A DNA stretch of 64,000 nt, taken from NCBI RefSeq assembly GCF_044704955.1, contig NC_091986.1, forward strand, positions 39,556,001 to 39,620,000, given 5' to 3'. The notes under the pieces are model-generated. The model saw nothing but the letters and a program-made list of their open reading frames with translations, searched no databases and had not been told where the DNA came from. The translations under genes and the position numbers were made by a program. Positions 1 to 11,873 of this stretch are shown here, in pieces. Positions within the stretch are counted from its first letter, which is position 1. Every line of letters starts with the position of its first letter. Source of the DNA: Pristiophorus japonicus. Its lineage: Eukaryota.

Positions 1-908
1 TAGATTTCGCTGGCCGCTTTCTAGGAAAGATGCTGCTCGTAGCAGTGGACGCTTACTCTAAATGGATTGAATGTATAATAATGTCATCATGTACGTCCAC
101 TGCCGCCATTGAAAACCTCCGGGCCATGGTTTGCCCGACGTCCTTGTTAGTGGCATTGGACCATGCTTCACCAGCTCGGAATTCAACGAGTTCATGACCC
201 GCAATGGCATCAAGCATGTCAGGTCTGTGCTGTTTAAGCCCGCATCCAATGGTCAAGCGGAAAGGGTCGTCCAAACCATCAAGCAGAGCTTGAAACTCAT
301 GACGGACGGTTCTCTGCTAACCCGGTTATCTCGGATTCTGCTCAACTACCGCACATGACACCACTCACTTACCGGGGTTCCCCTTGTAGAATTGCTAATG
401 AAGCGAGCACTCAAAACCAGGCTCTCCTTGGTCCACCCAGATCTCAATGATCATGTAAAAACCCGGCGTCACCGGCATAACATGTACCATGATCGCGCGG
501 CTGTATCACGCGACATTGAAATTAATTACCCTGTGTTTGTTCTTAATTATGGTCATGGTCCCAAATGGGTTGCTCGCAATGTGTTAGCCAAGGAGGGGAA
601 TAGAGTGTTTGTTGTCAAACTTTTGAACGGACAAACGTGCAGAAAGCACTTGGATCAGACCAAACTGCGGTTCACTGACAACCAAGAACAGTTTGAAGAG
701 GACATTACCATCATTGATCCACCCACACTCACCCAACCAGCAATCGACCTCGCGGTCAACCACGAGGATGAACCCACCATGCCCGACAGTCCGATCAGAC
801 CAGCCACACCGCAGTGCAGCAATGATCCAACCGACTCACCCATGCCAGGACTTTAACTCAGGTGATCAACCCGGGAACGCAGAGCCCCGGATCGCCTCAA
901 TTTTGTAA
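1..908 (+). mobile_element. Gypsy-type LTR retrotransposon, 3' end of pol (integrase core and C-terminus), frameshifted
   Basis: Translates as DFAGRFLGKMLLVAVDAYSKWIE...LPDVLVS..GPCFTSSEF...KPASNGQAERVVQTIK...LLNYRT, an rve integrase core, over several frames with stops. Confidence 0.92.
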
Positions 909-941
909 ATAACTTGCACATAAGACTTTTTGGGGAAATAA

Positions 942-1153
942 TGTTATGTATGTAAACATTACCAATGTGTAAGACTTGCCACCAGGGGGCGCACCTGTGT
1001 GAGACCCAAGGGTCACCTGCACACCCTGGGAAAGCAGGTATAAAAGGCAGCTACCATGCTGTCTCTTCACTCTGGAGTTACAATAAAGAGACCAAGGTCA
1101 CAACAGTTTGAGTTTAAAATATACAGTCTTGTGGAGTTATTCTAAACATAACA
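942..1153 (+). mobile_element. 3' LTR of the Gypsy element
   Basis: Follows purine tract GGGGAAATAA; inverted termini TGTTAT...ATAACA; TATAAAA near 1039 and AATAAA near 1082. Confidence 0.85.
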
Positions 1154-3553
1154 GTTAGGGGGCCGGCAATGCAGAATGTTGGTGGACATCGGAGCATCCA
1201 TCTCGATAACCGACCAGCCGCTACCTACTATCAAATCACACCTTGAGAATCGTAGTGGTGGCTAGGACCACAATAACTGCGAAACTGAGTGAAACAGTTA
1301 TTAGAATTAGGGGGAATTGTAATCCCAGTATATTTCTGGGTCTGTCCAAACAATGAGGGGACAGTGTTGGGTGTGGATATATTAGAAGCAGGAGCCCTTA
1401 TAGATCCGAGAAATAAGCAAGTAATATGGTTGAACAGCTTAGGACAAAAGAAACATAAATCAGAACAAAAGGCAGTCCTCCGACAATCGGCCTGGGTGTC
1501 AGCCGCAAAGGTTCTCAGCAAGGACTGGGTTAAAGATGGAGATTACGGGGTCATTTGTTCCCTCATCGCTGACTTGTAGGCCAGCCATAAGCAAAATTGT
1601 GGAAGAGTTAAGATGGATCCTACACAAACCACATACTTTAATCAAACTTTTAAATACTGGTAAATTGAGGACAGTCTCCCATAGTAGAAGAGCAGCTTGG
1701 GAAGCTGTCCTTATACCCAAAGACAAATCCGTCCGGATTATCAAGGATTCTGGCATGAACCCAGCAATAGGCATTCTCAGCGAAGGGGTAGAACATAAGT
1801 GTGAAGTCTTGGTGGAGGAAGAGTCTAGTTGTGGAATCAGGGATAGCCCATTAGAAGGAGGAGCGGAGACCCACTTTGTAGACGGATCAAGACGTTTTAT
1901 CGATGGGTTGGTACAGACAGGGTGGGCCGTGGTGAAGGAGGATGGGACTGTTGTATAAATGGGAACCTGTGCGGGGGGGGAAGAATGTTTGGCACAAGCG
2001 GCTGAACTGATAGTTCTAATACACACCCTTAGATGGGCGGAAGATAAACGGGTTAACATCTACACGGATAGTCGATACGCCTTCGGGGCCGTACATGACT
2101 ATATGGCGGCCTGGGCCCAAAGGGGATTTGTTACCTCTGCAGGAGGACATGTTAAGAACATTGACTTACTACGGGAGCTGGTAGATGCCACGCAATTTCC
2201 ATGGGAAGTTGCAGTACTCAAGGTCAGGGCTGATCAGAAAGTTTGTGACTGGAAACAGCAGGGAAACGCGCATGCAGAAACGGCGGCGAAACAAGCCTCA
2301 GGTGGCAGTGCCACACATACCTCTCTCAACGTCGCGGCCAAATACGATCGGCCCTCAAGAGATTAATATGACCCAGTTGCATAGTGACGCTCCCTCAGAG
2401 GAAAAGGCAGATTGACAGAAGAGAGGGGCAGTTAAAGGACCCAACTCCATTTGAAGATTTGGTGACATAGAGCAGGGGGCGACAATGCTGTCCATCAGGC
2501 AGAATCTGTTGCTGATATACCATGGCAACAGCTACCAAGGTAGAAATGCCTTCAGCAACTCTGGTGGTGGCCGGAAATGGGGTTAGATACAGCCAAGTTT
2601 TGCCAGCGATGTATTGTCTGTGCTAAACACAACACCAACAAGCCCATTAAAGTAAAGTTGGGTAACCAGCCCCATCCCAAGGGACCCTGGAAACATCTAC
2701 AGGTTGGCTTTACGGGCCCCCTCATTAAGAGTAGAGGCAAGTCCTATTGCCTAGTCATTATGGACCACTTTACTAGGTGGGTGGAGGCTTTCCCTACTCG
2801 CGATTGTTCCATCACTACAGTGGCCAGAATCTTGGCAGAAAAGTTAATTCCCCAGATGGGGTATGCCATTACAGATAGACTCCGACCAGCGGTCCCATTT
2901 CACAGGAAAAGTCACCAAGACCACTTGTCAGCTCTTAGGAATCAAGCAGCACATCCACATTCCCTGCCACCCGCAGAGCTCTGACATGGTTGAGCGTATG
3001 AACAGGACTCTTAAGACGACCATTGCTGAAGCTATACAAGAGACAGGCAAGTCTTGGGTTGACATTTTACTGTCGATACTATTTAGAATATGGGCCACTC
3101 CTAATCGGGTTACTGGCCTTACACCGTATGAATTAATGACAGGGAGAGCTATGCACCTTCCAGAAGCTGTAATCTCCGGATCTACGGATTAGAAGGTAGA
3201 TGGAAGAATTTTGCAAGCAATTAAAGCTGGTTTGTTCTGAGGTCAGAGAGCAGGCCCGAGCTTCAGATCTAGAGTGAAGTGAGGGATCGCAATTCCAGAA
3301 TGTGCTACGGGTAGGGACATGGATGATGTATCGAAAGACACCTGAAAAACCTGGTTTCACCCCCCGGTATGAAGGACCATATCAGGTTATCATGACCAGC
3401 GATGCTTGCGTATGCTTGGACATAAAAGTAGGGGGGCAGTGGAAACATTGGTCACAGGTAAAACCTTTTAAGAAAGATGATAAGACTGACAATAAATCTG
3501 TTTCATCCAACAGGAAAGCATCAAGTCAATGTCTCAATTATTTTTGCAGGTAA
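1154..3553 (+). mobile_element. Endogenous retrovirus pro-pol remnant: protease, tether, RNase H and integrase; RT absent
   Basis: MLVDIGASIS and LGVDIL (aspartic protease); FVDGS..AQAAEL..NIYTDSRYAFG..H (RNase H); WWWP..CQRCIVC, LVIMDHFTRWVEAFP, DSDQ.SHF, HPQSS.MVERMNRTLK, PRYEGPY (integrase); many stops and frameshifts; no YxDD motif. Confidence 0.9.
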
Positions 3554-3559
3554 AACAAA

Positions 3560-4985
3560 GTGATGAATATGGCGCTCATACTGATGGGCCTCAGGCTGGG
3601 GCTGGCTATAGGTGATAGAATTAACCCATTCGTTGAGGACCAGCATGGCCCGTGCTGTATCCTGGAAAATGACCCCCCACTGCCAGATCATAGGCCGAGG
3701 CGATGGACTATAGTGGGACAGGTAGACCAACATGGTGCTGTAATCACAGTGCCGATGTGAACAATTCATCTAGGATGGCTAGCTGGGGAGGACCAAGTTA
3801 TTACCGTCCAACTTCAGGATGTGGCCACTATATTAGAAGCCCACGCCCAGACCGTGAATAAATTTATTCAGGAAAACTACAAAGCTTCCACGAATTCAGC
3901 TAAAAATGATGTTTGCAGCACCTACGCTAATTGGGTGGCGGAGCAAACTAGGGAAAACCTAGCCCAGATAAAGGAGGGCGAGGTGCCATTATGGGTTACT
4001 AACGAGCAATTGACTAATTTGTTATGCTATGGAGAGGAAACAATGCCTGGTTGCCAACTTGAATGTAAAACCAACGGTGGAGGTTTGCTCCGCCTGATAT
4101 TGACCATACCTCAAATCCCGCCAGATAATAAACCAGAAAATGTGTATGATCCAGAATATCAGATTATTAAGGATGGCACTTATATTCCCTACCACAAAAT
4201 TCTACCCTCTGCGGTAACATACGTAGACAGCCTGGTAGAGACCAAATTGGAAGGGTTTGTCACAACAGGGAATAACCATCTGCCCTCATAAAATTAATTT
4301 TGACTCTATTGCCACTTGCAGGTTCAACACAATGCAGGGATCAGGAGTAAACTGTACCATGGAAGCCATTGGAGCCCACCTTGCCCCAACTTGAGCAGCA
4401 TCTGTGGATAAAGGAGAGCATTGTGCAACTACTAACCTAGAATCCTTTGAGTATATTGGCCGGATCTGCAAGATACACAGGCCGGCATTCTGCTTCACCC
4501 CGGAGGTACCAACACGGAATGGACAAGAAGAATTGATTGATATACACAAGCGAAAGACCACCTCCATCCAATTGTTCAAAGATATCAAGGAAGGACTGAC
4601 AAACTACATCAATGAGATTGGGTACGAGATGCCCCCACTGCCGGAACACCTCAAGGAATTCCGGAGGAAGATTACGACATCTCAAAGTATCTAGTACATG
4701 CTTCAATAGAGTAACAAGGACATAAGTAGAGACATTGATGATATTAGGGTCACCACTTAGTGGGATGACCTGTGGGATTGGGAATTGAACATTCAAATTC
4801 ACCCCTTGATTTGAATAATATCCCATGTGTTGGTGGTGGTACAATTGATGTTGGTACTAATACTCCTGTTCGAGACCTGTAGACAGTGCAGGCACAGAAG
4901 GGCTAGAAGGATGGCCAAAGCTTTGATAAAAGCAAGGCAGAGTACACCATAGGGAACCCTCGTACAAGAGAAGGAATGGGTAATC
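3560..4985 (+). pseudogene. Decayed retroviral env-like glycoprotein gene
   Basis: Lies between integrase and PPT; splice-acceptor-like TTATTTTTGCAG near 3550; signal-peptide-like MNMALILMGLRLGLAIG; Cys-rich ectodomain fragments (3821-4291, 4404-4694); TM-like IISHVLVVVQLMLVLILLF followed by basic CRQCRHRR. Confidence 0.75.
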
Positions 4986-5210
4986 CCACTCAAGGATAAG
5001 GGGAGTGGGAGGGCTGTACAATAATCTTCAGGGACTCGAGTCTAGCCAGACCACTAGGATCTTGGCGAAACTATAAGAGGTAATAAGTATGTTAGAATGC
5101 AATACTCATATCACTCGACTGATCACCGAGAGGATGGGAGTACAGTATCGGGAATTTGGCAACTTGTACAGGACAATTGTAAGTTCTGACCAAGGGCCAA
5201 AAGGAGGGAT

Positions 5211-5417
5211 TGAAGTGGGAATATAAAGAATTAATGTTAAATGCTGACTTTTTACTTGCTGTAGGCACACTAGCAAGCATTAGCAAGTGTTATTGCAGAG
5301 GCTGATGAAAAGGTTGGCCATAACGAGAAGTAAGAGTTTTAAAAGTAAAAACTGCAACAGTTTCAAAGGTCTCTGTCTTGTTTAACCCGATTAAGACAAA
5401 GGAAAAGATAAGATTCA
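5211..5417 (+). mobile_element. Putative 3' LTR of the ERV
   Basis: PPT AAAAGGAGGGAT at 5199-5210; termini TGAA...TTCA; AGTAAA polyA-like signal near 5344. Confidence 0.65.
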
Positions 5418-6023
5418 TACAAATGGGCCTTGAAACTGGGAGCCATTACCTGATGTAGGTAGCCACTAATCAACTGCTTGAGCATCCTTGTCTGGATATG
5501 CCTTTGTTCTGCATAATGGTTTTAGTTCTGCTTTGTTGTATATGAATATGTTGCCACAACTATGACACTCCAAGAATGGTGGTGGCACAGCCATACCTAA
5601 CGTCCCTGCATATGCTTGAATTAAAGTCTTGAGCTCCAAATACCAAGTGACTCTGAGTGGTGATTTCTCCCACAATAACCATAATTGGTTCATTTTTTTA
5701 AATTTGGCACAATGATTAATTTCTTATGGTGTTTCCAAGGAAATGTTTCCGGTAGATTCAAAAATTCAGAGAACATCAGAACATTTTACAGCTCATTCTT
5801 CAAAACGTACATTATCATTTTCCTTTATTATTATGTCAAATTTACCGTGGAGGGAAAGTATTTAATTTCAACACTGTCAGCACTTATTTGTCAGAATTTG
5901 TGGTTGTGATGACAGCGAGACTATCAGTGCTCACCATGGTGATAGTGTAAAACCGACAGGAAGTTCTGGTATCCACACATGCGCAGTTAAACTCGAAAAT
6001 CCAGAAGACACCGAGTGACATAA

Positions 6024-6620
6024 GGCTGCTGAAACCCTCATCCATGCCTTTAGTACCTCTAGACTTGACTATTCCAAAGCACTTCTGGCTGGCCTCCCAC
6101 TTTCTACCCTACGTAAACTTGAGGCCATCCAAAGCTCAGCAGCCCGTGTCCTGACTCGCACCAAGTCCTGTTCATCCATCATCCTTGTGCTCGCTGACCG
6201 ACATTGGCTCTCAGTTAATTAATGCCTCAATTTCAAAATTCTCATCATTGTTTGCAAATTCCTCCCTGGACTCGTCCCTCCATATCTTTAATTACCTTCA
6301 GCCTCACAATCCCCAAGATATCTGTGCTCCTCAAATTCTGCTCTCTTGAGCATCCCTGATTACAATCGCTCAACCATCGGTGGCCGTGCCTTCAGCTGCC
6401 TGGGCCCTAAGCTCTGGAACTCCCTCCCTAAACGTCTCCGCCTCTCTACTTTTCGTTCCTTCTTTAAGACACTCCTTAAAACCTACCTCTTTGGCCGTAA
6501 CTACTTCTTATGTAGCTTGGTGTCAAATTTGTTTTTTGTTGTCTTATAACACTCCTATTAAGTGCCTTAGGACATTTTACTATGTTAAAGGTGCTATATA
6601 AATACAAGTTGTTGTTGTTG
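6024..6620 (+). mobile_element. L2-clade LINE 3' fragment
   Basis: AETLIHAF.TSRLDYS.ALLAGLP...IQSSAAR...HWL...GGRAFSCLGPKLWNSLP; ends CTATATAAATACAAG followed by (TTG)n. Confidence 0.88.
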
Positions 6621-6860
6621 ATATTAGGAGAGGTGACCAAAGACTTGGTCAAAGAGGTAAGTATTATGGAGCATCTTAAAGGAGGAGAGAGAGGTGGAGA
6701 GGTTTAGGGAGAGAATTCCAGAGCTTCGGGCCCAGGCAGCTGAAGGCTGCCAGTGGTGGAGAAATGAAAATCGGGGATGTGCAAGAGGCCAGAATTGGAG
6801 GAGCAAAGGGATGTGGGAGGGTTGCAGGATGGGAGGATGTTACAGAGATTGGGAGCTACC
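6621..6860 (-). mobile_element. L2-clade LINE 3' fragment, inverted relative to the preceding copy
   Basis: Reverse complement matches the CCTTCAGCTGCCTGGGCCC..AAGCTCTGGAA..CTCCCTAAAC segment of 6380-6500. Confidence 0.75.
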
Positions 6861-7410
6861 ATGGTGAGTTGTTACAGGGTTCAACAGGAACAACAGGAGA
6901 ACCTCTGCTTCTTAAATATTTTTGATGCATATCAAAAAGCTGAGCAGCTCAAAACAACATTTGACTACAAAAGGACACTTTTGTGACATGTAGAATACAT
7001 ACAGATGAACATTTTTCAAAAGGCCTATATTTTTAAATCACAGGATTCCTCCGGCATTGCAACTTTGAAATCAAAGAAATATTTGCATAGTATTATTACA
7101 GTCCAAAAGCAGTCAGCTGCTCCTGAGTTATGGCATTGGAAATGTAATTGTATTGTGATATTTTGATCAATCTCTTTGAGAATATTAAATTCATATTCAC
7201 TTCTTCATAGACGCTGAATCTCACTTGCTGAACTCAGTCTGCTCACAGATTAAAATACAGAATGCAGTCCGAATGATCACAGGAGGCCATGAATCAGCTC
7301 GATTCGGCTAGGCATTATTTGTGTTAGTTGTAACCATCTTGAGAAAGAGTGAAATATTCCGTGAGCTGAAAGATGATATTAGAGTAATCAACTTAGAATT
7401 AGTTCGAATA

Positions 7411-7852
7411 AAGAAAGAAACGAAAGGCTTGGATTTATATAGTGCCTTTCACGACCACCGGATGTTGCAAAGCAGTTTACAGCCAATGAAGTATTTGTGG
7501 AGTGTAGTCACTGTTGTAATGTAGGAAACACAGCATCCAACTTGCGCACGGCAAGCTCCCACAAACAGCAATGTGATAATGATCAGGTAATCTTTTTTTG
7601 GTTGTGGTGATTGAGGGATAAATATTGGCCAGGACACCGGGAATAACTCTCCAGCGCTTCTTCGAAATAGTGCCATGGGATATTTAACATCCATTTGAGA
7701 GAGTAGATGGGGCCTCGATTTAACATCTTATCCAAAAGACAGAACCTCCAACAGTGCAGTACTCCCTGAGTACTGTACTGGAGTGTCAGCCTGGATATTT
7801 TGTGTTCAAGTCTCTGGAGTGGGACTTGAACCCACAACCTTCTGACTCAGAG
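7411..7852 (-). mobile_element. tRNA-derived Deu-domain SINE (SacSINE1/AmnSINE1-like)
   Basis: B-box-like GGTTCAAGTCCC; Deu-like core ATCCCATGGCACTATTTCGAAGAAG..GGTGTCCTGGCCAATATTTATCCCTCAA; L2-like tail GAAAGGCACTATATAAATCCAAG. Confidence 0.82.
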
Positions 7853-9576
7853 CGCTTTCCACTTTAAAAAAAATTAACATTAAGAACATTTAAAACATCG
7901 TGATTATTCCATTGTATCCTACAAATCCATTCCGCCCCTCTGCACAGCCATTCCTCCAACACATATCAACATTAAAACCTGAGGTTCAAATTGTCTCCTG
8001 TAATATATATTAATCTATTGTACTTTACAAATTGATCATAATATACTATCTTTAAATTATTTTCTGAATAAAACATCCACAGAGCCTTATAATGATCTTT
8101 TAGCTTATATTTAAGCTAGGTTTATTCTCCTTCCCTTAAAAAACAGAGCAGTCCTTCTTTGCATAATCACAAATCTAGCCAAACTGAAGATTAAATTAAT
8201 TGCTGCTCCACTAGACTCGGGAAGACTTTGCTGCAATCACCATCTCAAAATCAAGCCCCACGGGATTCCCATTCTTTCTCTTCGGTCCTCACCCAGCAAG
8301 AAACCTCACACAACTGTCGAACATAGCACTTGAAATCCTTTAACTGTGGACAGAACACCAGTGAATGGACAGAGTCTCATCCTGCGTACCACACACTGGA
8401 ATGGTGCCATCTCTACTCGCCCAATCTTACATAAGACTATCATGGTAAAAATCCGGTTATGAGCCAATTTCAAATCCAGCCCAATCCACTCTGGACATTT
8501 AAAATTCGCCCACACTCCCTTCCAAATCCTGTTAAAGTCCAGCTGTGGGTATATATTCTGCCAAAACTCCTGACCAGCAGGTGCCTTGAATCTCCATTCT
8601 CTAAATACCCCATAGAAATCTTAAATATTACAGTTGTCAAATTGGACCAACTCCTCCCCTTTCTCCAGCAGGAAACTTGGAAAAGTAGGATGCATTTTGC
8701 CTCTTTTGGAGATTTGCGTATTTATTTCTTCCATCCAATCCTGTGGCATTGCCCTCACAATCTTCTCATACAAGATCATAATTGCTTTTTCCTCTACATC
8801 CTGAGCCTCCTCCTAAACCATGTCCCTCACTGCCGCTTCCAGCAACCAACCTGGAATTACTTCATATAATACATCTTTCACATAGTAAATACCAGTTTTT
8901 ATAAAAGCTTGATTAAATAATATCTCTCCTTCAATGTTGATCCACCTGTTCCAAAATAAGGGTCGTTCTAAAAATTCCTCAGCATCTTTGGGCATAAACT
9001 GCACACTTTTAAAAATTGGGCCTGTGTCTACAACCCCCGTATAAAACCTAGGCAGTGGTTTAATCGATTTCAAAAACATATTGTTGCATTCGATACAAAA
9101 TATTCCCCATCCTCCCATTCCATTTAATTAAAAAAAATGCTGGAAACAAAAACTTGTATTTAACCTGAAGACATCTCTTCACACATTTAATTCTGAAGGC
9201 TTTTTTCTTCAAATCATTGGGCTCAATTTTCCACAAGCCTGTTTTCTGGCATATTGCCAGAGGTACGCCCGTTTTTCGAGGCCAGAAATACAGCAGAAAC
9301 ATCTTGCCAAAGTTTCCCCAATGTATAATTCAAATTTGGCGCCGTGTAGTGTGTCCAGTCGCCTCCGGGGGTGGAGCCTGCTGCCTGTGCCGAAAATACG
9401 ATGCCGCACCTTCTGCGCATGTGTGACAAAAATGGTGACCTATTTGACGTTATTTCAAAGGACGCGCATGCACAGTACAGCCCCAGGTTGGCAATCGGCC
9501 ATTTTTAAAGAGTCGGTTGTGTGAGAAGGAGTGCTGTGTGAGAGCTTTGGGAAAATCGGATCTGCAGCAGTACAAG

Positions 9577-11299
9577 ATGCAACGCGGTGCAAGGACCAAG
9601 GATTTCTTACAGGATGAAGTGGAGGCGCTAGTTACTGTGATTGTGACCAGATGGCAGGAGCTGGAAACCAGCAGAGGGCACATAAAAGTTCCACCCAAAG
9701 AAATGAAGAAACGCTGGAACCAAGTTGCAGAAGATTACTGCGCAGTGGTGACCACCACGAGATCTGGAGGCAAGTGTAAAAAGAAGTGGCAGGACCTTGG
9801 TCAAGTAGTTAGTGTCAGTAATATTTCCATTTATTCAATGGAATTGCAATTGTAAATGTGACCACCTGTATATGTCGCACCCAGCAGAAAGACACTCTCA
9901 CTAAAAAGTTATATTTTCATCTTTGGAGAGGAAGGTGGCACATAATAAAAGGGAAAAAACTCAAACAGGAGGAGGCCTGGCAAATCTGTACCCACTGGCA
10001 CCCTTGGAAGAGAGAGTTGCTGCTTTGAGGGGTCCTGCCTGTAGAAAAGCAACCACCACTGCACAAGTTGGGCCCACAGTCGAGGGAGGGTAAGTCCTGC
10101 AAATTCCACAGTCAGGCTTTGCTAAATGTTAAGTACTGCGCGGGCTAGCCATGCTTCGGTTCCTGGGGATGTCTCTGTCAGCTACGCTTCGGTTGATGCA
10201 ATGTGCTGCCATTCATCGTGGTCCTTCAAATCAGCCTGCTGCCTGCACTGTGTGAGCCGACTCATGCCACCCACCCTGCCCCCTCCTCTGCTGCTAACCA
10301 TTTGTCTGTTCTGTTATATTTTGCAGAACTTGAGGCTAACCCTGATGATGCAGAAGAAGATTCAGACGAGGACGAGCCTGAAGAGGAGAACATCTTCCAA
10401 TCCCACCCTCCAGACCAAGAGCATGGGGGTGAGGGGGAGGGGGAGGCATGGAGATAGATGAAGCCCCCACTGTTTTACTGATTTTGGTTGAGTTGCAGGT
10501 GGCACCCATTGAGCTACCAGCCCCTTCCGTGACTCTTGGTTTGAGTATTGTTGGGACATTGCATGGTTTCTAATGACCGAGGCTGTGGGTCCCAGTGGTG
10601 GGGTGCAGCGAGGCACACCCAAGGCCCCACCTTCCGAGGCTGCAGGTTCCAGTGGTGTAGTGCAGCGAGGCACACCCAGGGCTCCACCTTCCACCTGCTC
10701 TCCTGAGGTGCAGGATCTAACAGATGTGGTTCAGATGATGGCAATGAGTGGGGAGTGCATTGACCTTACGCGATCACTCCTAGACACCATCAGTGGGGTG
10801 GATGATGAGGTAACGGGAATGTCGGGAGAAGTTGCAGCAATCTCACGTGAAATGGGAACGATCACCGGGACCATGAGTGAGGGAATGTCGCAGGTCGTTG
10901 AGACAGTATGCTCAACATGAGGGAGGGAATGTCACAGGTCGTTGAGACAGTATGCTCAACTTGAGGGAGGGAATGTTGTAGGTTGTTGAGACACTATCAG
11001 GGCGCATGAGGGATGGCATGTTGGAGTTAGCTGCTGCAATAAGGGAACATGCCCAGACCCCGCGCCCATTGACAGAATCAACTGCCACTCCCACTCCAAT
11101 CCCCGCACCAGCCTCTGAAGAGCTCCAAGCCGGGCCCTTTATATTGCCACCTGCCACTGCCGCCCCCTTCAACAGGTGCGCACTACCCGAGATCTTAGAA
11201 AGAATTAGCTTGGTACCAGCCCCAGAAACACTGCGCACTGCCTGCAGGAGGAGGTGGTGCAGTCACCAAGACCAAGCGTGGCGGGCGGTCTTAGAATAA
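9577..11299 (+). pseudogene. Harbinger Myb/SANT-like DNA-binding protein, three exons (9577-9813, 9929-10089, 10327-about 11299), frameshifted
   Basis: F..DEVEALV...W....RWNQVA......RSGGKCKKKWQDL trihelix motif; exon 2 has TGGG...LAPLEE; GT..AG introns; acidic and repetitive C-terminal part. Confidence 0.85.
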
Positions 11300-11470
11300 G
11301 GTGGAAGAGAGATGGGTGCAGCCTTTCTTTGCTGCTGCTGCTGTTGTTATTATTGTAACTGTTGTTCTCAAATTAAAAGATTTTTGTAAGTTATGTAAAT
11401 TTACAAGTTTAAAAGTTAGTTTTGATCTTAAAGTTTTGAAGTGATCTTAGAGTTTGTAAGTGATCGTAAC

Positions 11471-11873
11471 TGTCACCTGCCGAATGCAGACATGTGTTGC
11501 ATGTTGAGAGACGGTGCACACATCCCCAGTTGTAGCTTGAAACGATCTGGAGGCATAGAATGAAAGTGCAGCTGTAACCTTCACTTCAACTGACAAATAA
11601 GTCCTGTTGCTTCTAGGTTACAGATCTGCTTTCCCCAACTCACAGATCTCAGTTACAACTACTTTGTGGAAACGCAGCCTTATGACAGTTTGCATCACTC
11701 AGTTGCAGGTACGAACACCTGTCTCGATATACCTGACGTGGGTAAGGCCTCTTGCCCAGCACCCTACGGCCTCTGATGTTCCTTATGTGATGACGTTGAA
11801 TCAATTGTCTCCTACGTAGCACCATGATGCAGAAGGCTCGCACAAGGTAAGGCATTGTCAGTATTGCCCCCAT
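11471..11873 (-). pseudogene. Harbinger (HARBI1-like) transposase N-terminus; catalytic domain deleted
   Basis: RPYPRQVYRDRCSYLQLSDANC..RLRF....EICEL...LSVEVKVTAALSFYAS.SFQATTGDVC.VSQ; homologous to 23127-24075. Confidence 0.82.
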
